Positions 59,580-64,000 of a stretch of 64,000 nt of DNA are shown piece after piece (within the stretch, counting starts at the first letter, position 1; each line of letters begins with the position of its first letter). Source of the stretch: Eledone cirrhosa (lineage: Eukaryota). The notes below the pieces were generated by a model that made no database searches, was not told where the DNA came from, and saw only the letters and a list, made by a program, of their open reading frames with translations. Location: contig OZ024743.1 in the NCBI GenBank assembly GCA_964016885.1, positions 130,076,001-130,140,000 of the forward strand, read 5' to 3'. The position numbers and the translations under genes are program-made.

Positions 59580-62500
59580 TTGGTGTTTTGTGTTTGGTGC
59601 TTGGTGCTTGGTGTTTGGTGTTTAGTGCTTGGTGCTTGGTGGTTGGTGTTTGATGCTTGTTACTTGGTGTTTGGTGTTTGGTGCTTGGTGCTTGGTGTTT
59701 GCTGTTTGGTGCTTGATGCTTGGTGTTTGGTGTTTGGTGCTTGGTGTTTGGTGCTTGGTGCTTGGTGTTTGGTGTTTGCTGCTTGGTGTTTGGTGCTTGG
59801 AGCTTGGTGCTTGGTGTTTGGTGCTTGGTGCTTGGTGTTTGCTGTTTGGTGCTTGATGCTTGGTGTTTGGTGTTTGGTGCTTGGTGTTTGGTGCTTGGTG
59901 CTTGGTGTTTGGTGTTTGGTGCTTGGTGTTTGGTGATTGGTGTTTGGTGCTTGGTGCTTGGTGTTTGCTGTTTGGCGTTTGGTGTTCGGCGTTTGATGTT
60001 TGGCGTTTGCTGTTTCGTGTTTGGTGCTTGATGTTTGCTGGTTCGTGTTTGGTGTTTGGTGTTTGCTGTTTGGTGTTTGCTGTTTAGTGTTTGGTGCTTG
60101 GTGCTTGGTGCTTGGTGCTTGGTGTTTGGTCTTTGGCGCTTGGTGCTTGGTGTTTGGTGCCTGGTGCTTGGTGTTTGGTGTTTGGCATTTGGTGTTTGGT
60201 ACTTGGTGCTTGGTGCTTGGTTTTTGGTGTTTGGTGATTGGTGCTTGGTGCTTGGTGATTGGTGTTTGGTGCTTGGTGATTGGTGTTTGGTGCTTGGTGC
60301 TTGGTGCTTGGTGCTTGGTGCTTGGTGTTTGGTGCTTGGTGCTTGGTGCTTGGTGCTTCTTGCTTGGTGCTTGGTGTTTGGTGCTTGGTGCTTGGTGCTT
60401 GGTGCTTGGTGTTTGGTTCTTGGTGCTTGGTGCCTGGTGTTTGGTGTTTGGTGCTTGGTGTTTGGTGTTTGGTGCTTGGTGCTTGGTTCTTGGTGCTTGG
60501 TGCTTGACGTTTTGTGCTTGGTACTTGGTGCTTGGTGTTTGGTGTTTGGTGCTTGGTGCTTGGTGGTTGGTGCTTGGTGCTTGCTGTTTGGTGTTTGGTG
60601 CTTGGTGCTTGGTGTTTGGTGTTTGGTGTTTGGTTTTTGCTGTTTGGTGTTTGGTGTTTGCTGTTTGGTGTTTGCTATTTGGTGTTTGCTGTTTGGTGTT
60701 TGGTGTGTGGTGTTTGGTGTTTGATGTGTGGTGCTTGGTGCTTGGTGTTTGGTATTTGGTGCTTGGTGCTTGGTGCTTGGTTCTTGGTGTTTGGTGCTTG
60801 GTGCTTGGTGCTTGATGTTTGGTGCTTGGTGCTAGGTGTTTGGTGCTTGGTGCTTGGTGCTTTGTGTTTGGTGCTTGGTTCTTGATGCTTGATGTTTGGT
60901 GCTTGGTGCTTGGTACTTGGTGTTTGGTGCTTGGTGCTTGGTGTTTTCTGTTTGGTGTTTGGTGCTTGGTGCTTGGTGTTTGGTGCTTGGTGCTTGGTGC
61001 TTGGTGTTTGCTGTTTGGTGCTTGATGCTTGGTGTTTGGTGTTTGGTGCTTGGTGTTTGGTGCTTGGTGCTTGGTGTTTGGTGTTTGCTGTTTGCTGTTT
61101 GGTGTTTGCTATTTGGTGTTTGGTGTTTGCTGTTTGCTGTTTGGTGTTTGGTGTTTGGTGTTTGCTGTTTGGTGATTGGTGTTTGGTGTTTGGTGCTTGG
61201 TGCTTGGTGCTTGGTGCTACGTGCTTGGTGTTTGGTGTTTGGCATTTGGTGTTTGGTACTTGGTGCTTGGTGCTTGGTTTTTGGTGTTTGGTGATTGGTG
61301 CTTGGTGCTTGGTGATTGGTGTTTGGTGCTTGGTGATTGGTGTTTGGTTGTTGGTGCTTGGTTCTTGTTGTTTGGTGCTTGGTGCTTGGGGCTTGATGTT
61401 TGGTGCTTCTTGCTTGGTGCTTGGTGTTTGGTGCTTGGTGCTTGGTGCTTGGTGCTTGGTGTTTGGTTCTTGGTGCTTGGTGTTTGGTGTTTGGTGCTTG
61501 GTGTCTGGTGTTTGGTGTTTGGTGCTTGGTGTTTGGTGTTTGGTGCTTGGTGCTTGGTTCTTGGTGCTTGGTGCTTGATGTTTTGTGCTTGGTGCTTGGT
61601 GCTTGGTGTTTGGTGTTTGGTGCTTGGTGCTTGGTGCTTGGTGCTTGGTGCTTGCTGTTTGGTGTTTGGTGCTTGGTGCTTGGTGTTTGGTGTTTGGTGT
61701 TTGCTGTTTGGTGTTTGGTGTTTGGTGTTTGCTGTTTGGTGTTTGCTATTTGGTGTTTGCTGTTTGGTGTTTGGTGTGTGGTGTTTGGTGTTTGATGTGT
61801 GGTGCTTGGTGCTTGGTGTTTGGTATTTGGTGCTTGGTGCTTGGTGCTTGGTTCTTGGTGTTTGGTGCTTGGTGCTTGGTGCTTGGTGTTTGGTGCTTGG
61901 TGCTAGGTGTTTGGTGCTTGGTGCTTGGTGCTTTGTGTTTGGTGCTTGGTTCTTGATGCTTGATGTTTGGTGCTTGGTGCTTGGTACTTGGTGTTTGGTG
62001 CTTGGTGCTTGGTGTTTGGTGTTTGGTGTTTGGTGCTTGGTGCTTGGTGCTTGGTGTTTGGTGTTTGGTGTTTGGTGCTTGTTACTTGGTGTTTTGTGTT
62101 TGGTGTTTGGTGCTTGGTGCTTGGTGTTTGGTGCTTGGTGCTTGGTGCTTGGTGCTTGGTGTTTGGTGTTTAGTGCTTGGTGCTTGGTGTTTGGTCTTTG
62201 GCGCTTGGTGCTTGGTGTTTGGTGCTTGGTGCTTGGTGTTTGGTGTTTGGCGTTTGGTGTTTGGTGCTTGGTGCTTTGTGCTTGGTGCTTGGTTTTTGGT
62301 GTTTGGTGCTTGGTGTTTGGTGTTTGGTGTTTGGTGTTTGGTGCTTGGTGATTGGTGTTTGGTGCTCGCTGTTTGGTGTTTGGTGTTTGGTGCTTGGTGC
62401 TTGGTGTTTGGTGTTTGGTGCTTGGTGCTTGGTGATTGGTGCTTGTTGCTTGGTGCTTGGTGTTTGGTGCTTGGTGTTTGGTGTTTGGTGTTTGGTGTTT

Positions 62501-64000
62501 GCTGTTTGCTGTTTGGTGTTTGCTGTTTGGTGTTTGCTGTTTGGTGTTTGGTGTTTGCTGTTTGGTGTTTGGTGTTTGCTGTTTGGTGTTTGGTGTTTGC
62601 TGTTTGGTGTTTGCTGTTTGTGTTTGCTGTTTGGTGCTTGGTGCTTGGTGCTTGGTGTTTGTTCCTTGGTGCTTGGTGCTTGGTGATTGGTGCTTGGTGC
62701 CTGGTCTTTGGTGTTTGGTGTTTGGTGCTTGGTGCTTGGTGTTTGATGTGTGGTGCTTGATGCTTGGTGTTTGGTATTTGGTGCTTGGTGCTTGGTGCTT
62801 GGTGCTTGGTGTTTGGTGCTTGGTGCTTGGTGTTTGGTTCTTGGTGCTAGGTATTTGGTGTTTGGTGCGTGGTGCTTGGTGTTTGGTGCTTGCTGCTTGG
62901 TGCTTGGCGTTTGGTGTTTGTCGTTTGATGTTTGGCATTTTCTGTTTGGTGTTTGGTGTTTGGTGTTTGCTGTTTGGTGTTTGCTGTTTTTGTGTTTGGT
63001 GTTTGCTGTTTGCTGTTTGCTGTTTGGTGTTTTGTATTTCATGTTTGGTGTTTGGTGTTTGCTGTTTGGTGTTTGGTGTTTGGTCTTTGGTGCTTGGTGC
63101 TTGGTGTTTGGTGTTTGGTGCTTGGTGCTGGGTGTTTGGTGATTCTTGCTTGGTGCTTGGTGTTTGGTGCTTGGTGCTTGGTGTTTGGTATTTGGCGCTT
63201 GGTGCTTGGTGTTTGGTGCTTGGTGTTTGGTGCTTGGTGCTTGGTGTTTGGTGCTTGGTTTTTGATGTTTGGTGCTTGGGGCTTGGTGCTTGGTGTTTGG
63301 TGCTTGGTGCTTGGTGTTTGCTGTTTGGTGCTTGATGCTTGGTGTTTGGTGTTTGGTGCTTGGTGTTTGGTGCTTGGTGCTTGGTGTTTGGTGTTTGCTG
63401 TTTGCTGTTTGGTGTTTGCTATTTGGGGTTTGGTGTTTGCTGTTTGCTGTTTGGTGTTTGGTGTTTGGTGTTTGCTGTTTGGTGATTGGTGTTTGGTGTT
63501 TGGTGTTTGGTGCTTAGTGCTTGGTGCTACGTGCTTGGTGTTTGGTGTTTGGCATTTGGTGTTTGGTACTTGGTGCTTGGTGCTTGGTTTTTGGTGTTTG
63601 GTGATTGGTGCTTGGTGCTTGGTGATTGGTGTTTGGTGCTTGGTGATTGGTGTTTGGTTGTTGGTGCTTGGTTCTTGTTGTTTGGTGCTTGTTGCTTGGA
63701 GCTTGATGTTTGGTGCTTCTTGCTTGGTGCTTGGTGTTTGGTGCTTGGTGTTTGGTGTTTGGTGCTTGGTGTTTGGTGCTTGGTGCTTGGTGTTTGGTGT
63801 TTGCTGTTTGCTGTTTGGTGTTTGCTATTTGGTGTTTGGTGTTTGCTGTTTGCTGTTTGGTGTTTGGTGTTTGGTGTTTGCTGTTTGGTGATTGGTGTTT
63901 GGTGTTTGGTGCTTGGTGCTTGGTGCTTGGTGCTACGTGCTTGGTGTTTGGTGTTTGGCATTTGGTGTTTGGTACTTGGTGCTTGGTGCTTGGTTTTTGG
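59580..64000 (+). repeat. Patchwork of shorter re-duplicated segments (offsets 1268, 1071, 2310 and 406 bp)
   Basis: ORF pairs 58361/59629 and 60514/61585. GGTGCTACGTGC at ~61213, 63523 and 63929. GGCATTT...GGTACTT...GGTTTTT at ~53456, 56109, 60184, 61241, 63551 and 63957. Confidence 0.82.

Larger units (their letters stand above)
1..64000 (+). repeat. 7-bp tandem satellite (GGTGYTT)n, about 9,140 monomers, head-to-tail, extending beyond both window edges
   Basis: Every line consists of GGTGCTT/GGTGTTT or close variants (GCTGTTT, GGTGATT, GATGCTT, GGTACTT, AGTGCTT). No unique sequence or inversion seen. First full unit at 5, last at 63992. Confidence 0.99.

Noticed and set aside
1-64000. CRISPR array or other repeat-spacer system
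   Set aside because: No unique spacers, no 23-50-bp conserved repeat with dyad symmetry, no leader and no cas genes.
1-64000. Canonical G-quadruplex array
   Set aside because: G-runs are almost all GG with 5-nt loops, and GGG/GGGG are isolated variants. At most weak two-tetrad structures are possible, and the sequence alone does not support them.
1-64000. Bacterial heptamer repeats (cyanobacterial STRR-type or short intergenic heptamer tracts)
   Set aside because: Those are short tracts between genes. A gene-free array of at least 64 kb with nested duplications does not fit, although the host cannot be proven from this window.
1-64000. Low-complexity sequencing or basecalling noise, or a deliberately encoded binary message
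   Set aside because: Rare variants and indels recur at consistent offsets with graded divergence, as expected from biological duplication and mutation. I saw no framing or fixed word structure in the C/T order.

Overview
The whole 64 kb window is one uninterrupted, single-orientation satellite built from a 7-bp monomer, GGTGYTT (GGTGCTT and GGTGTTT interspersed; AARCACC on the minus strand), about 9,140 copies. I find no genes, RNA genes, transposons or CRISPR arrays, and no gene-encoded system. Every listed ORF is a by-product of the heptamer: (GAWCLVL/GVWCLVF)n on plus, (STKHQAP/NTKHQTP)n on minus. The real structure is hierarchical. The order of C- and T-monomers plus rare point variants acts as a barcode that reveals nested multi-kb duplications (offsets 4178, 5080, 6172, 2048, 4698, 31047, 2527, 2366, 2653, 6377, 1071 and 350 bp). 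It also shows chimeric junctions, a possibly reused breakpoint, an older layer of GCTGTTT-rich islands and a subfamily switch near 44 kb. The 7-bp register is strikingly conserved, with only about seven distinct 1-bp indel types. The organism and function (centromeric, subtelomeric or other heterochromatin) cannot be determined from this window. Block boundaries were read by eye and from ORF-track offsets, so they are approximate to tens of bp.
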